Part shown: positions 13,912 to 28,900 of the stretch, piece after piece
How the letters are laid out: every line of letters starts with the position of its first letter
Numbering within the stretch: position 1 is the stretch's first letter
From: Eledone cirrhosa
Taxonomy: Eukaryota
Length of the DNA: 64,000 nt
Assembly: GCA_964016885.1 (NCBI GenBank)
Contig: OZ024740.1
Coordinates: 321,098,001-321,162,000, forward strand
Direction of reading: 5' to 3'
The notes under the pieces: model-generated
The model's database searches: none
What the model saw: only the letters and a program-made list of their open reading frames with translations
What the model was told of the DNA's origin: nothing
Program-made: the position numbers and the translations under genes

Positions 13912-16900
13912 GGTGTTCCCCAAAAATGCATACACACTTTCATTATCTGTACAGACAATATTTATTAGAATGCTGTTGAAGTGTGTATACATTTTTTGTG
14001 TATGTATATATATATATGATTTATACACAAGTATATATGGTAATTTGATATACAAGTATTTTATCTCCAATTAAATACAAACATGCATATTAATCCTTTC
14101 ATAACCATATTTCTAATGAAATAAATTCTGTTTCAATTAATTAATGAGGAATTTTGAGGGATTTACTAAAATTATTAATTATTTGACTAAGATAACTTTA
14201 TATGTGGTTCTTATATAAAATTATGTTGAAAGATTTTAATTTAAATAGGAAGCTTTTCATATGAGTGGTTTTGTTTCATAGAAACGGCTAGTTTTAGCCT
14301 GGTTGGTATCAAAAGGGGTACAGCTATTTTCTTTGTTAAAGGGGTTTGATGTGCAGGCTCCCTAACAGGTTTCATACTCATCATGGGGTCCTTTTCACGG
14401 CAATGTTTTATGGCTAAATATTCTTCCTCACACTAACTCTTTTAGCCACCTCTTAATACACATAGAGATAGAGTGTGTTTATTCTAAACTAAATACTTTC
14501 TTCATCGTTCTTATCATTTAACATCCTCTTTCCCTGCTAACAAAGGTTCGACAGGTCTACATAGACCAAGTCTGTACTGAAGTGGACTCACTGACATCCC
14601 AGACAGGCCGAGGAGCTCTGTATCCCGCTTACGTATGGTCATTATTGAGTGCAGAGAAGTTGTTGTGTTTTATGACACAAACTGAAGGATTTTCCTAACC
14701 CCTAATTTAGCAAGCTTTCTACAGAGGTGAATATTACATTAGTTTCACTTTTGACGTGAAATTTGTATTTCCTATTGTTTTTGATATGTTTCGAATGAAT
14801 ATGGTCTGCAAAACAGTTGGAAATTGGTAAAAAATCATTACGTAATGGAGTTGTGAAACAAACTATACTCTAAATGACACTTGAAACATTTTAAATAGCA
14901 AAATATTAAAACTTCATAAATATATTCGCCACTCACAAGAATTTCAAAACCTCACCATCTAAAAAAAAATGTGTTAATTACCTACCTTAGCTTATAAATG
15001 GGGTTTGGATTTTTGCTAATTTCTCAGACTATTATTGAAATTAAATACAACTTACCACAATCAGCAGCAATTTTCTGGAAAGTCTGTAAACAAGAAGATT
15101 GAGCATTATTAATATGACTAACTGTATATTATATTTAGAATCTTAGTGGTGGTGGTGTGGAAGTGCATAGCTTAGTTCTTAGGGTGTTCAGCTCATGATT
15201 ATAAGGTTGTGAATTTGATTTCCAGTAGTCTTCTTATCGTATGACATATGCACAGAAGCTAGAGAAGCAAGTCAAAATCAGCAAGCCAGGCAAAGCGTCT
15301 TTATGTCCCAAGCCCGAAAGTTCATCAGGCCTGAGCTTCTTTTGGTTTCATAGGCGTAAAGCAAATGGAAGTATAAGATTTTCTCCTGGACAGGACACTA
15401 GTCCACAGCTGCTGGTACTCATTTTTAGCTGAGTTTACTAGAACCTGAAATTTTCTTTTCCTTGAGAACACAACTTGTCACTCAGTCCAGGAATCAAACC
15501 CACAACATTACAATTATAAGTTCAACACCCTAACCACTAGGCAATATGAAAGAGTTAATAGAGGTAGAGATTTGAAATACTTACTGGATCATTATAAAGT
15601 TGATTATTTAATGCTTTCCCACCACAAGCAATTGAATTTCTGGAGAGAGAAAAAATGTAGGTTGATTTTTTTTTTGTAGATGCCATATATTTTTGGTAAT
15701 AGAATTTAATAAATGTTTTTATATTTTTTATGTGAAAGTATGAGAGCCCAATGGAAAATGAACTCATCATTTTACATCTACGTCTATCATCATTTTATAT
15801 CTACGTTTAATAATGATGATGCACTCCTCTCTCCTCTTTTACACCTTTCCTGTCCAACCCATGCATGCATGTAAAATTGGACATGCTCCACATCTACTCT
15901 CTTAGTGCTGGTATATCACGTAAAAAAGCACAAAGTTCACCTTGTATGGTGGTAGTGTTTGTGCCACAACAAAAAGCACACTGTTCACACTGTTAAGTGG
16001 CTGTCCTGGTGCCATGACGACAAACACCCAGTCCACCCTGTAAAGTGATTGTGGTGGTGCCATGCTGTAATATGGTTGGCATTAAGAAGAACATTCAGTT
16101 ATAGAAAACCAAAACAGAGCAAGACGTGGTTACTTAACCTGGCTAGCCTCATAACATGGCAACCCATGCAGACATGGAAAACAGATATTAAATGGTGATA
16201 ATGATAATTGTTTCTACTTTTTGGCACAAGGCCAGCAATTACCCAGTGCATTATTGGTACTTTATTTGATCGACCCCGTAAGGATGAAAAGCAAAGTTAA
16301 CCTCAGCGCAATTTGAACTCAGAATGGCAAGGGCCGTAACTCTATGCGTTAAAGCATGGTGTCCAACCCTCTACCGATACTGCCAATCCACCGCCCTGAT
16401 TTCCATATTGGCATGGGTTGGACAGATTGTCATGGTTTGTGATTAGACAGGTCAGAGAACTACACCATCACCATATGTCCTATTTTTGGCATGTTTTCTA
16501 CAGTTGGATGCCAACCATTTTACAGAGTGTACTGGGTGTATTTTATTGTGGTAACATCACTTGAGAAGTTATGTTCCCAAGCACGACAAAAAGGTTCTCT
16601 CAACCCTACATTGTCTCTGTCGATTGATTTCGATATTGTCACGACAAAAAGCACCCAGTCTACACTGTAAAGTGGTCACATAGGTGTCACAACAAAAAGC
16701 ACCCAGTATACACTGGAAAGGAAATGTAGTTGGCATTATGACGAGCATCCATCTGTAGAAACCAAGCCAAAATCAGTTCTGTATGAGGAAGACATGGTCA
16801 TCCGACCTGGCTTATCTCACAACGGGACAGCTCATCTAACCCATGCTAGCGTGGAAAATGAACGTTAAAGTGATGATGATGATTGTAGTACAGTTTGTTT

Positions 16901-19900
16901 GAAAATCTAAAATGTTACAATAAAATTCTTAAGAACTAGCATGTAAATAAAACATTTAAAATAAGGAAAAAAAAAAAATCAATTCATAGAAGAAATAATC
17001 TGGTATGGAATACTTACAGTGAGTTAACGGCATTTTTATCAACCACATTCTCTTTCTTAGCAATGCATTGTAAAGCCGTCTCAAATGTACCACCACCAGC
17101 TAAGATAGGAAAATAGCAACAATTGAAACCATACAGAATAAGACATGTAACTGTTAACACTTTAGCATTTAAACTGGCAATATCCAGCCAGAATTCTCTC
17201 ACCTCTTTCTGTTCAAACCAGCCACTTATACTGATGTTAAGGTATTGTTCTCAAAATAAATAATATCAAAATCTCATAGATTCGATATTATGTGAGGTTA
17301 AAGCCTTTAACGTGAAAATATAATAGTATATATAGAGTAATGTAAATGGTAAAGAGTTAACCATCATTATTTTGTTTGCTTTCGATGTTGGCCTGAGTTG
17401 GATGGGTCACCGCAGTCTAAAACTAGACAGGTTCAAGAATCACTTCTTGCTTGCACATTCCAATTTTGGCATATTTTCTATGGCTGACTTCTCATCCTAA
17501 TTCCAACCATTTTACAGTGTGCTGAGTGTATTTTATCATGGCACCAACACTACCACTTTCCATAGTGTATTGAGTGCATTTTATCGTGAGACCAACATCA
17601 CCACTACTGAGTGTATTGAATGCATTTTATTGTGAGACCAACATCACCACTACTGAGTGTATTTTATCATGGCACCAACACTACCACTTTCTATAGTGTA
17701 TTGAGTGCATTTTATCGTGGCACAAACACTACCACATTTCATAATGTATTGAGTGCATTTTATTGACACCAACATCACCGCACCTGAGTGCATTTTATTG
17801 TGGCACAAACACTACCACTTTTCATAGTGTATTGATTGCATTTTATTGTGACACCAACATCACCATTACTGAGTGTATTTTATCGTGGCACCAACACTAC
17901 AGATATTGTTTATGTCCTCAACAGAGCAAAAGGAATCCTCTCAAATAGCAATTTATCTGTTTAACTAGTTTTTTTTTTAACCTTTAGCATGCTAGTAATT
18001 TTTAAGAATTGTTCCCCCTGACACTGCATTATTTTTCGAGTAGCAATGAATGTAAGCACCCTCTGTTTTTAAATTATTATAACTTTCTTTGTATTTTGTG
18101 TACACACTTGATTTTTTTCTATGGTAATAAAGAGATGCATGAGCGAGCAATATTTTGTGTAATACATTATGTTCTGCATGTATATTTTAACATTTAAAAA
18201 AAAAAAAAAAAAAAAAAATCACTGTGTGACTTACATTTATTATTGTGCGTAGAGTTTCGAGGTGCATTCTACTTTATAATCCATCAGACTGTGGTACCTC
18301 TGGAAGCAGAGATATGGGCAGAGTGCCCACAGCACACAAACTAGATCTGGTGGCGCTTCTTCTCACAGTTGGAACACACAACATAGTCTGGGTGAGAAGG
18401 CCTTCCAGAATTCAGGCGCTTGGGGGTTGATGATGAGCTGGTGCTTCGTCAATACCATCCTTTTTGGGGGATCTTCTGACCTCCTCCTGTGAGACACATC
18501 TGACTGGTAACCTTCCAGTAGAGAATGTATAATTTGCAGTCTGAATTTTTCAGTAACGATCCGGCAAGTTGATTTGGCTTTCCAAATGACCAGGGCATTG
18601 CAGAAACATACTTCGAAGAGATAAAAGAAAACTTTTCTTTCATCACTTGGTACATCAGTGCAGCACCATGTAATAGGTCATCTGCTTGTCTGCTCTGTCT
18701 ACCCCCCCCCCCCATGTACTGAAAATAGGACTGCACAATTCGGATATGGCCCTCATGTCGTTTTGAATGAACTGCTTTTTGGAAGGTCTCATCTCAGCAG
18801 TTGTTAAAAGGTTCCCTTGCCTTCTATCACACCATCAAATGTACAAAATGTGGCCCTCTCTCTGTGTGATGTGAGGGATCACCTGCTCAGTCTTACTGCC
18901 GTTTCACTAGGCAGTTTACACGTAGTGTACCGCACGCTCCTATTCTGTGTTTGGCCAAGGTGTGGAACAGTCCAGGTGATGAAAAGAAATTGTCCATGTA
19001 GATTACATGTCCCTTATGGTATACTCCAACTGTCCTTGGTGTCTAGCCTGTTTCTCAACCCAAGTATAACTGCCAGTTATACATGTACCCTATTTTTATA
19101 TCAGCCAGGCCCCAGGTTTTCAGATGCCACTTGGTTGGTTTTGCTGGCATGTACATCAGCAGGCTTTCATCCGCCAATAAAAATATTTTTGCCAAAATGG
19201 CACACAAGTTTTTCAAACAGCAGCTGGATCTTATTCAAGGTGATTTCTTGGTTTCGCAGTTGTGTTGTCCAAAATGTGCAAAAAGGATAGAATTTTAAGG
19301 AATCTATCCCTTGCCTTGATGTTACAGAAGCCTGCCATCTCAATAAAGTAATCAGTAGTTCAGTACAAATCGAATGATGAGCGTTTGCTTATCCCAATTA
19401 AAAGAAGAATTGCTGCAAAAGCCTTCATCTCCTTGAAAGTAACCTCTTTCTACATGTTGATATACGAATGACTACCAGCATGTTTCATTTCTTTCACCTG
19501 GCTGGCATATTTATTTGTTTCATTTACAAGTAATGAAATTATTTCCTCTGTAAAAAAAAGACGAAAGAGTTGACCTTCGGAAATGCCATCAGGCACTTCT
19601 TTGGGGTCGGTACACTCCGAAAAAACCACCAACCAAGGATGAGCATACCCACACAGTACATTGCTTTCCAGATCATCGTTGCTATCACTGTCACCACTAT
19701 CATACTCTACTACTTCACCATCAATATCGGCTTGCGTAAATCCTAAAAATTCATTATCTGAAACGGAATCCATAAAGATTTCTTCCACAAAATTTTCTTT
19801 CATAGTAGTTGCTATTTTCAAAAGTCCAAACAAACTTCTTCCTCTACAACTGTTTACACAAACACATGTTGAAAGAAGAAATTTTAAATGGCATTGGAAA

Positions 19901-22900
19901 ACGAAAGTTTAGTCTCATTCTGCATCCAAAGTATGCTGTTACTAGTTACTTTTGATATAGTATTTGTTGACAAAGGAAGGGTTTCCAAAGCGATAAAATG
20001 CGGCAGAAGTTACAGGGGAAGATTACTCTGGTGTGCTAAAGATTAAGGATGACAGTATATATATATATATATATATATATACTAGCAGTGGTACCCGGCG
20101 TTGCACGGGATAAGGTATTTTGGAACGCGGGCTGCCAATCGTGGAAAAACTGCATGCGTAGACAATATGTAAAGAAAATAAACCGAATACTCTGATGGCT
20201 GGATAATCTTTAAGATTTTCCTCGATGAAGCAGGAAAAATGCAGGTTTTCACCTAATGAGGGCCCTAGGTGATCAAGAAAATGAATTTTTTTTATGTGCA
20301 TAATATGCCTTGAAATTTCGGGAAAATCGGCTAGACGTAACGCCTCAAAAGGCTGAAAAAATGAAGTTTTTCACCTAATGCGGGCCCTAGACCATAATAA
20401 AGTTGGATTTTCTTTGCTCACGGTATGAAGAAGAGACTGACTAATACATAGTTACAATTTCAAGGAAATCGGTCTGACGTAACGGCTCAAAAAACCTCTA
20501 AAAACCTGAAAAAACACAGTTTTTCAACTAATGCGGGCCCTATGGGATCAAAAAGTAGAATTTTTAATGTGCATAACACTCCCTGAAACATAAGTAATAC
20601 ACATGTAAAGTTTGAAAAAAGTTGGTTGGGTACTTCGAGTTTTAGGTATTCAAACTTACAGACACACCCACAGACATCTTGAGGGAAGTGACGTAATGCA
20701 GACAGTCAGACATACAGACAGATATTATAAGGGGTGGATTGGCAGTATCGGTAGAGGGTCGGACGCCATGCTTTACAGCATAGTTACGTCCCTTTACGAT
20801 CTGAGTTCAAATTCCGCCGAGGTTGACTTTGCCTTTCATCCTTACGGGGTCGATAAAATAAAGTACCAGTAATGCACTGGATAATTGCTGGCCTTGTGCC
20901 TAAAGTAGAAACAATTATAAGGGCGTGGCGTTATATGTATGCATCTATCTAAAAAGAGAAAGACTAAGAATTATAGAGAGTGATCGCTAAATCGCCTAAT
21001 GCGGTCCATAGGGCGTTGAAAATTTGAAATTTTTTTATCAGAACACTCCCTGAAACATAAGTATTATATGTGTAAAGTTTGAAAACAGTCGGTTGGGTGG
21101 TTCTCGAGTTTTAGGGATTCAAACTCACACACACACAGACAGACATCCTCAGTTTTATATATATAGATGAAGGCGCATGGCTTAGTGGTTAGAGCATTGG
21201 GCTTGCAATCGAAAGGTTGTGAGTTCAATTCTCGGACCGGGTGATGTCCAGTTTACTCAGCTGTAGAAATGGGATGATAGGACTGGAGTCCTTATCATTC
21301 CACTGCAAAGTGGTCGTGGAGGTGCCACAGCAAAAAACACCCAGCCCACACTGTAAAGTGGACGTGTAGGAGTCACGAAAAAAAAGCACCCAGCATTCAC
21401 TGTAAATGAGGTTGGTGTTAGGAAGGGCATCCAGCTGTAGAAATCAAGCCAGAATCAGTTCCCGTATGAGCAAGACAAGGTCAGCCGACCGGACACTGCC
21501 CACAACAGGACAACCCGTCTAACCCATGCTAGCGTGGAAGAACGGACGTAAAACGGTGATGATGATGATATATATATGCCAAAAAGGATAGAGAACACTT
21601 CAGTCACATGACAATCTCTCTAGTGCTGGTGCCATGAAAAATGTACCCTGTAAAATGGTTGGCAACAGGAAAGGCATCCCGCTGTAAAAACCATGCTTAA
21701 AGAAGTCAAGTAGACTCTTCAGTTGTATCAAGGAAACAACAACCTATCTATAATAAACATACCCAATACACACAGTAAGATGATTGGTGATAGGAAGGGC
21801 ATTCAGCTGTAGAAGGCTTGCCAAACAAAGGCTTGGAAGGAATCTTCAGTTGTGACAGAGGCATGATAATTTCCCTAGTGTTGGTGTCATGATAAAATGC
21901 ATTCATTAAAGCATGGGAACATATGTAACCGAGATGCAGACACCCAGCCTATCCATGAGGTGGGTGGCTCTGCTTAAGTACTGACTCTGTCTGAGAAGAC
22001 CCATCCAACATTTGTTATTAGGGAAAATGGACAGATGATGATGATGATTTTATAAAGAAAATAAGCTCACCAATAAAATCTTGCAACTTCATTTTCTGTA
22101 ATGCCTGAAATATATGAAAAAATAATAATGATTTTTACTATAGGCACAAGGCCAGCAATTTTGGGGGAGGGGAGAGTTGATTAAATCAACCCCAGTGTAA
22201 CTCTGGTTTTTAAAAAAATTGATGGAGACAAGCTAGAAGAATTACTGATTTACCAACCCACCACCCCCACCCACTATTTGGGACCTGAGGAGAATATACA
22301 TTGCAACAGTCACCTGAAAAAGGCCGGAGTGTATAACAGCTGAGGGAAATTTTAAACCTGGCGGAGCCCATTTCTTTTCCAGGTCTGAATACAGCAGATT
22401 TCTTCCAGATAGAGTGAGAGAATGTAAGTGAGAAAGAGACATAGAAGAAGAATCAACCCTAGTATGTAACTGGTATTTTTTTTTATCAACCTTGAAAGGA
22501 TAAAAGGCAAAGTTGACCTTGGCAGGATTTGAACTCATGAGAGCAGAGAGCCGGAAGCCGGAACGAATACAGCAAAAAAATTCAATCCGACATTCTAACG
22601 ACTCTGACAATCCACTGCCTTTTTGTAGTGATAATAGTGACTCACTAAGAAAAATTCAAAGTTATATTAATTACAGATCATCATTGTCAATAATTGATTC
22701 ATGAAGATGAGAGCAATTTGACCATCACGCCATACCTATTAATACACATCACTCAATCTTTCTCTCTCTCACCATGTAACTGCCATCACTGTCTCTCTTC
22801 CATTACCCGCTCCAGTAGTCTCTCACTTCCCTTACTCCCACTGCTACTATTCTCTCACACTAACCATTGTTCCACCCCTCATAGTCCCACCCTGGTACTC

Positions 22901-25900
22901 CTCAGTCATGCTGGCTTGAATGAACAGAAACACTGTATTGTAGTGAGCACAAGATAAACTCACAAGAGCTTGTCACACGACAAAATATAGCCATTACACT
23001 CTGCAAAGTGGTTGGAAAACAGAGCAGAGAGAATATACGATTGAGAAGACTCTTTAGTTTTATCAAGGATATGACATCCTCATCATCACTGTTTATTGTC
23101 CATTTTCCAAGTTTGCTTGGGTTAGACAGTTTGTCACGTTATGAGACAAGTTAGGTCCAGAGACCATATGATGCTCTTACGGATCTGTATTTTGACTTGG
23201 TTTCTACTGCTGGATGGTCTTCCTAACACCAACCAAACAATCTTTTTAATAATGGTTCCTTGATAAAATGTACCCAGTACACTGTATAAAAGGATTTGTG
23301 TTAAGGTCATCCAGCTGTAAAACTATGTAAAAAAAATAGTAAGATGTGATCTCCCAACCTGTCAAAGAATGGACTTAGACCATGAGAACATGGAAAGTGG
23401 ATGTAATATGATGATGATGAGAGGCAACTTGGCAGAAATTCTCAACAAGCCCAAGAATAAAAAAAAATATTAAAAAAGTGATTAATTATATAATTCTTTG
23501 TGGAAGGAAAGAAGAATAAAGTGAAGTAGTTTCAATGCTGAGATGATTACTGGCCAAATAACTTTATATCTTATCATTCACTAGTATAACCATCATCACC
23601 GTTTTATGTCCATTTTCCACACTAGCATGGGTTAGACAAGTTGTCCTGTTGTGGGCAATGCTAGGTCAGGTGACCATGTCTTGTTCATACAGAATTGATT
23701 TTGGCTTGGTTTCTACTGGATGTCCTTTTTAATGGCAACCTCATTTACAGTGAGTACTGGGTGTTTTTTGTCATGACGCCATCACAACCACTTTACAGTG
23801 TGGACCGGGTAATTATTTATTAATTACTCTGCAGACAATATAGGGTAGAGAAGACATTTTAGTCTTGTTAAGCACACAACCTCTCTAGTGTTTCTGCCAC
23901 AATAAAATCTACTCAGCAAGCTCTGTAAAATATACCCTGGACACTCTGTAAAATGGTAGTAAGTGATGGATCCACAATAAAATGTACCCAGCACACTCTG
24001 TAAAGTGGTAGTGCTGGTGCCACAATAAAATGTATCCAGGACACACTGTAAAATGGTAGTGCTGGTGCCACAATATAATGTACCCAGCATGCTCTGTAAA
24101 GTGGTAGTGAGTGATGGTGCCATGATAAAATAAACCCAATACACTCTGTAAAGTGGCTGGTGTTAGGAAGGGCTTCCAGCCATAGAGACCATACAAAATA
24201 TGGAATGTATGAGTAAGATGTGGTTCTCCAACTTGTCTAAATTCAGACTATCATGACCTATCCAATCCATACCAGCTTGCAAATCAGATATATGATGATA
24301 ATTTTGATGGTACTCTTATAATTCTTCTTCTTTGACCACCTATTCCTGTGAAGGTCGTGGAGACAGAGTCTTCAAATACTCCTTTTCTTTCCAGCAAGTC
24401 CTGTCAGAAGCAATCGTCTCCAACCAAGCTCACGGATGTTATCCAACCATCTTACTCAGCGGGAGGAGGTCAACCCTGGGCCTCCTGCTTGTTGGTTTTG
24501 CTCATAAAATGTGTCCAGCGATTCTTTCCTGAGACATTCTAACCACATGCCCATAGTATCAGAGCTATACCCGACAATTATGAAAAAAATAAACTCACCT
24601 TTGGTATCTGCTGGAGCCCTATATGGCAGTAAGTGTCAATCTTTTTTAATGTAAAATTAATTTTATCATCTATTTCTTTTATTTTCTCATCAACTGAAAT
24701 TATATTTAAATAAATTTTTTAAAGTTTTGAAATTAAAGCTATTTAATATTTTTTTTAAAGATCAACATACTCTCAGGTCAGATAATGAGGGGTGGGTGGT
24801 GGTGGTAATTTTTTTAGGTTGTTTCCGTTGATTTTTTTCAAAACCAGAATTAGTTGTTTAGTCGTTTAGTTTTTACATATTGAAACCCCAACCCATCCTA
24901 TTTATTTTATACCGTATGAGAGATTTCTAGTAATGTACTTTTTTTTTGCCATGTATGATATTTTTTAATGTCAAAAGAAAATTAATTGTCACAGGAATGC
25001 TACCACTTAAAATAAAATTTCGCTGGCAATAGATTAGTAAAATTTAATAAACAGGGAGAGATCTAAAAAATTAATATGGGAGGGGGGTATATTTTGAGAC
25101 CCAAGAGCATTTTATTTCAAAATACTCAAATATATTTCTAGGATAAAATTACACAAAAATAATAAAGAATTTAATATTTAGTTAAACATATAGAAAAAGA
25201 AAGTAGCATTGGAAAAGACTATAAATGGGAGGAAAAGGATTATTAGGCAACGAAAGAAAGGGGGAAGGGGAAAGGGTAAGACTTTACATCTAATTCAGGT
25301 TAATGAATATAAATCAGGACCAAGATCTCTAGTGTTACAGTAATTCAGAAGACCCGACTTACCACGGCACAGGCTGAAGCATATATACAGTATGCACTAC
25401 ACCACCCCACCATCCCATACATCTCCCATGAGGACAGGCTGAAGTATACATCCAGTGAAGCCCCAAACCCACAGTAAAGTGGTCGTGATGGTGACAGAAA
25501 AAGCGTCCAGCCCACACTGTAAAGTGATCATGTAGGTGTCACAACAAAAAGCACCCAGCACATTGTAGAGTGCTCGTGTAGTTGTCATGACAAAAAGTAC
25601 CCAGTACTTACTGTAAATGAGGTTGATGTTAGGAAGGGCATCCAGCTGTAGAAACCAAGCCAAAATCAGTTCTGTATGAGCAAGACATGGTCACCTGACC
25701 TAACATTGCCCACCACATGACAACTTGTCTAACCCATGCTAGTGTGGAAACATTACAAAGAAGTAGTTCAATTAGTATGACAGTTATACCAATCATATTC
25801 TGGCAACCTTGGTTTTAGATCCATTCTGGATTATCGATTATGAGGGACTATGTAATAATTCACTAGAACTACATCACAAAGTTGGTAACTTTCCTTTTTA

Positions 25901-28900
25901 GCTGAGTGTACTGGAGCAACATGAAATGAAGTGTTTTGCTCAAGAATACAACACTCAACCCAGTCCTGGAATCAAACCCATGACATTATGATCATAAGTC
26001 CAACACCATTACCACAAGGCCACACACTTCCACATATAATCATATGATGATGTAAATGTTTAAAATTGAATCTAATGTGAATTAACAAGTCTGACTGATT
26101 GTGGGAAATTTATGCGTCCACACATAATTATATCTAGGTTAAAAAGAAACTCTAGACTATCAGTTGCCAGAAAATTGGTGTCGTATCTGTGTGTTTAATG
26201 TATGCATGTATTGTCCCGTAACTCCTGATAGAGTCATTTCTTGGGCATTTTAAGCCGGATGGAGCCCATCCCTCTCCAGGCACGAATACAGCAGATTTCT
26301 TCCATAGAAAGATAGAAAGTGAAAGAGAGGAATGAAAAAGAAAGTAACCATCAAATAACTTTATTGTTTTAGTCAGTAAAGAAAGGGCAGTACCCATGAC
26401 CCATTTCAAAGCGCCTTGGATTGACGGCAGGGAGGGAGAAAGGTATCCTGAAACTGGAGACCTGGCCTGAATACTTGCAACAGAGTAAAATCAACTAAAG
26501 GTACCCAAAGACCAAGTATTGGTGTTCAACTGGGTGAAAGATTAAGTATACTACCCAAATAGGTCACAGCCAGGGTTTAAACCTAGAATGCAAACAGTCA
26601 GAACAAAAACTACTAACATTCTCTCCTATGCTCTAACAATCCTATCAATAACATTTAACCCTTTTGTGAGCATATTTCTAATGACATATACTGTATTTGA
26701 ATTAATGAAGAATTTGGAAGAATGTTCTAAAACCAACTATTCCATTATTAAGATGGTATTTGTAATATAATTTAACCCTTTAGCATTTACATTACTCGAT
26801 ATTTTCTATTGTATTTTCATAGTAAAGGCTTTACCTCAAATAATTATCTCACATAATATCAAATCTATGAGATTTTGATGATATTTATTTTAACATCAGT
26901 ATGAGCGACCGGTTACAGCTAGTTTGAACAGAAAGCGGTAGAGAATTCTGGCCAGATACAGCCGGTTTAAATGCTAAAGGGTTAATAAAAAGATCATATG
27001 TCAAATTATGTTGAACGATTTTAATTTAAATAGAAACCTATTTCAAACTAGAGTTTTAGGCAGGTTGGTTCCAAAAAGTTAATCTAATGTGCATCAAACA
27101 ATTAATAAGAGACAATAAATATTTCTGCAGATATATTAGATTTAAGGCAAGTTTCATGTAGATATAATTGTTATATATTAATTTAATCATCTCAAAAGTA
27201 GCAAATTGTTCCAGTTGGATGAGATGCCTGGCTTTTTGCACCCTGAATTCAAATACTACTGAGGTTAACTTTACCATTCATACTTCCAGGGTACCAGTTA
27301 TTTGCTGGGGATCAATATAATCAACTTTCTCCTCCCAAATTATTTTAAGCATTTCACTAAAGTACATATTTTGGTGATGCTAGACCTCCTGGACAAAGTG
27401 TAAAATTCACTGCACTGGGAACAATACATATTTAATAAAGTGGTTGGTAATAGGAAGGGTAACCAGCTTGAGAAAAAACATGCTAAACAAAGAATCGAGA
27501 GGACTTCAGTTGTGCCATAGACATGACCCCCCCCCCCCCCCCCGGTGATTTACATGATAAACGCACCCAGTACACTCTGTAATGTGGCTGGTGAGAGGAA
27601 TGGCATCCAGCCATAGAAAATTTGCCAAAGGATTGGGGGGGATACTTCAGCTGTACCATAGACATAACAACCTCGCTAGTGTCGGTGTCACATGATAAAT
27701 GGCTAGCTGGTACACTCTAAAGTGATTGGTCTTAGTAAGGACATCCAGCCGAGGAGAACAGGCCAAATAAAAGGCCAGGAAGATCCATCAGCTATGCCAA
27801 AGACATGACAACAAGTGTTGGTGTTATAAAATGCACTCAGTAGAGCATTCAGAGCCTCCAGTCCATCTGGAGGTCAGAGGCTCTGCTTGAGTACTGACCA
27901 ATCTGTAACATGTCCAACCATTGCTAGCAGGGAAAAACAGATGTTAAATGATGATGAAATAACAGTTTAATTACTGAGATGATCATCATTTCACGTCCAT
28001 TTTTCCATGGATTAGAGGAGTTGTCATATATAACAATCAGGTCAGATGACCACATCTTGCTCACATGGATCTTTATTTTGAGTTGATTTCCACAACTGGA
28101 TGCCCTTCCTAACACCAACCATGTTACAGTATGGACTTGGTGCTTTTTTTTGTTATGTCATCAGCATGATCTGGTCCATCAACTTGTTGCCTTGATAGTT
28201 TCCTGTAGCAGTTGACAATGATGCTGCTACACCAGTCATTGGGTATGCCACCATTCTGCATTACTTAGGTTTATAATACTGGTGGTTAAGGTGTGACCCA
28301 CCATCCCAACATCTATTCCTGATGACCCAGCTGCTTGCTTTGCTGGCCTTCATATCCTTAATTGCCTTACTACACTGCAGCTGACTTATACAGCTGGTCC
28401 CTCTGTTAGGTCCACTTGGAGAAGACTATCTTTCCCTCATGCATTCTCCTCATTCAGCAGCCTCTGATAATGGCACTTCCATGCGACTCTTTTTTCAGCA
28501 CTTTTCCATCACAATTTCCATGACACACTGCCTCACAATCCTGAATACCTCATGTTGCAAAATATGCTAAAATTTTTTATTTTCTACTTCCCTCCTTGCA
28601 AAGTATATTTGTCACCTAGCTTCCTGGTAATGTCCTCTGCTTCTCCCATTCTACAATCCTTTCCATGCCTGACACTTAGCCTTAATTGTCTCATCCACCA
28701 CCAAGTCATTCTCCTTCTCCTTGGAGTCTCGCTCCAGCCACAGATCTCGTTTGTCGCCTCCAGTAGATTATCTTTCAGGAACTTCCACTGTTCCTCTATA
28801 TTGTATGTCTCTATTTGTTCTTCCTCACTGTCAAAAGTGTCAAGCAAAATACCTGTAAATTTGTAACTGTCTGAGTGCCCTTCAACTTCTTTATCCTTCT

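Noticed and set aside
14986-15028. Possible extra Borealin exon (aatag|TCTGAG...CTAAG|gtaggt) containing IQTPF, reminiscent of human IQTPL
   Set aside because: The upstream intron would be only 27 nt, the IQTPF frame hits TAA, and the gene is in frame without it.
21169-21245. tRNA-like sequences with A and B boxes (also 6900-6975, 46030-46105, 46151-46225)
   Set aside because: They continue into SINE core and LINE-derived tails and lack a proper acceptor stem; SINE heads, not tRNA genes.
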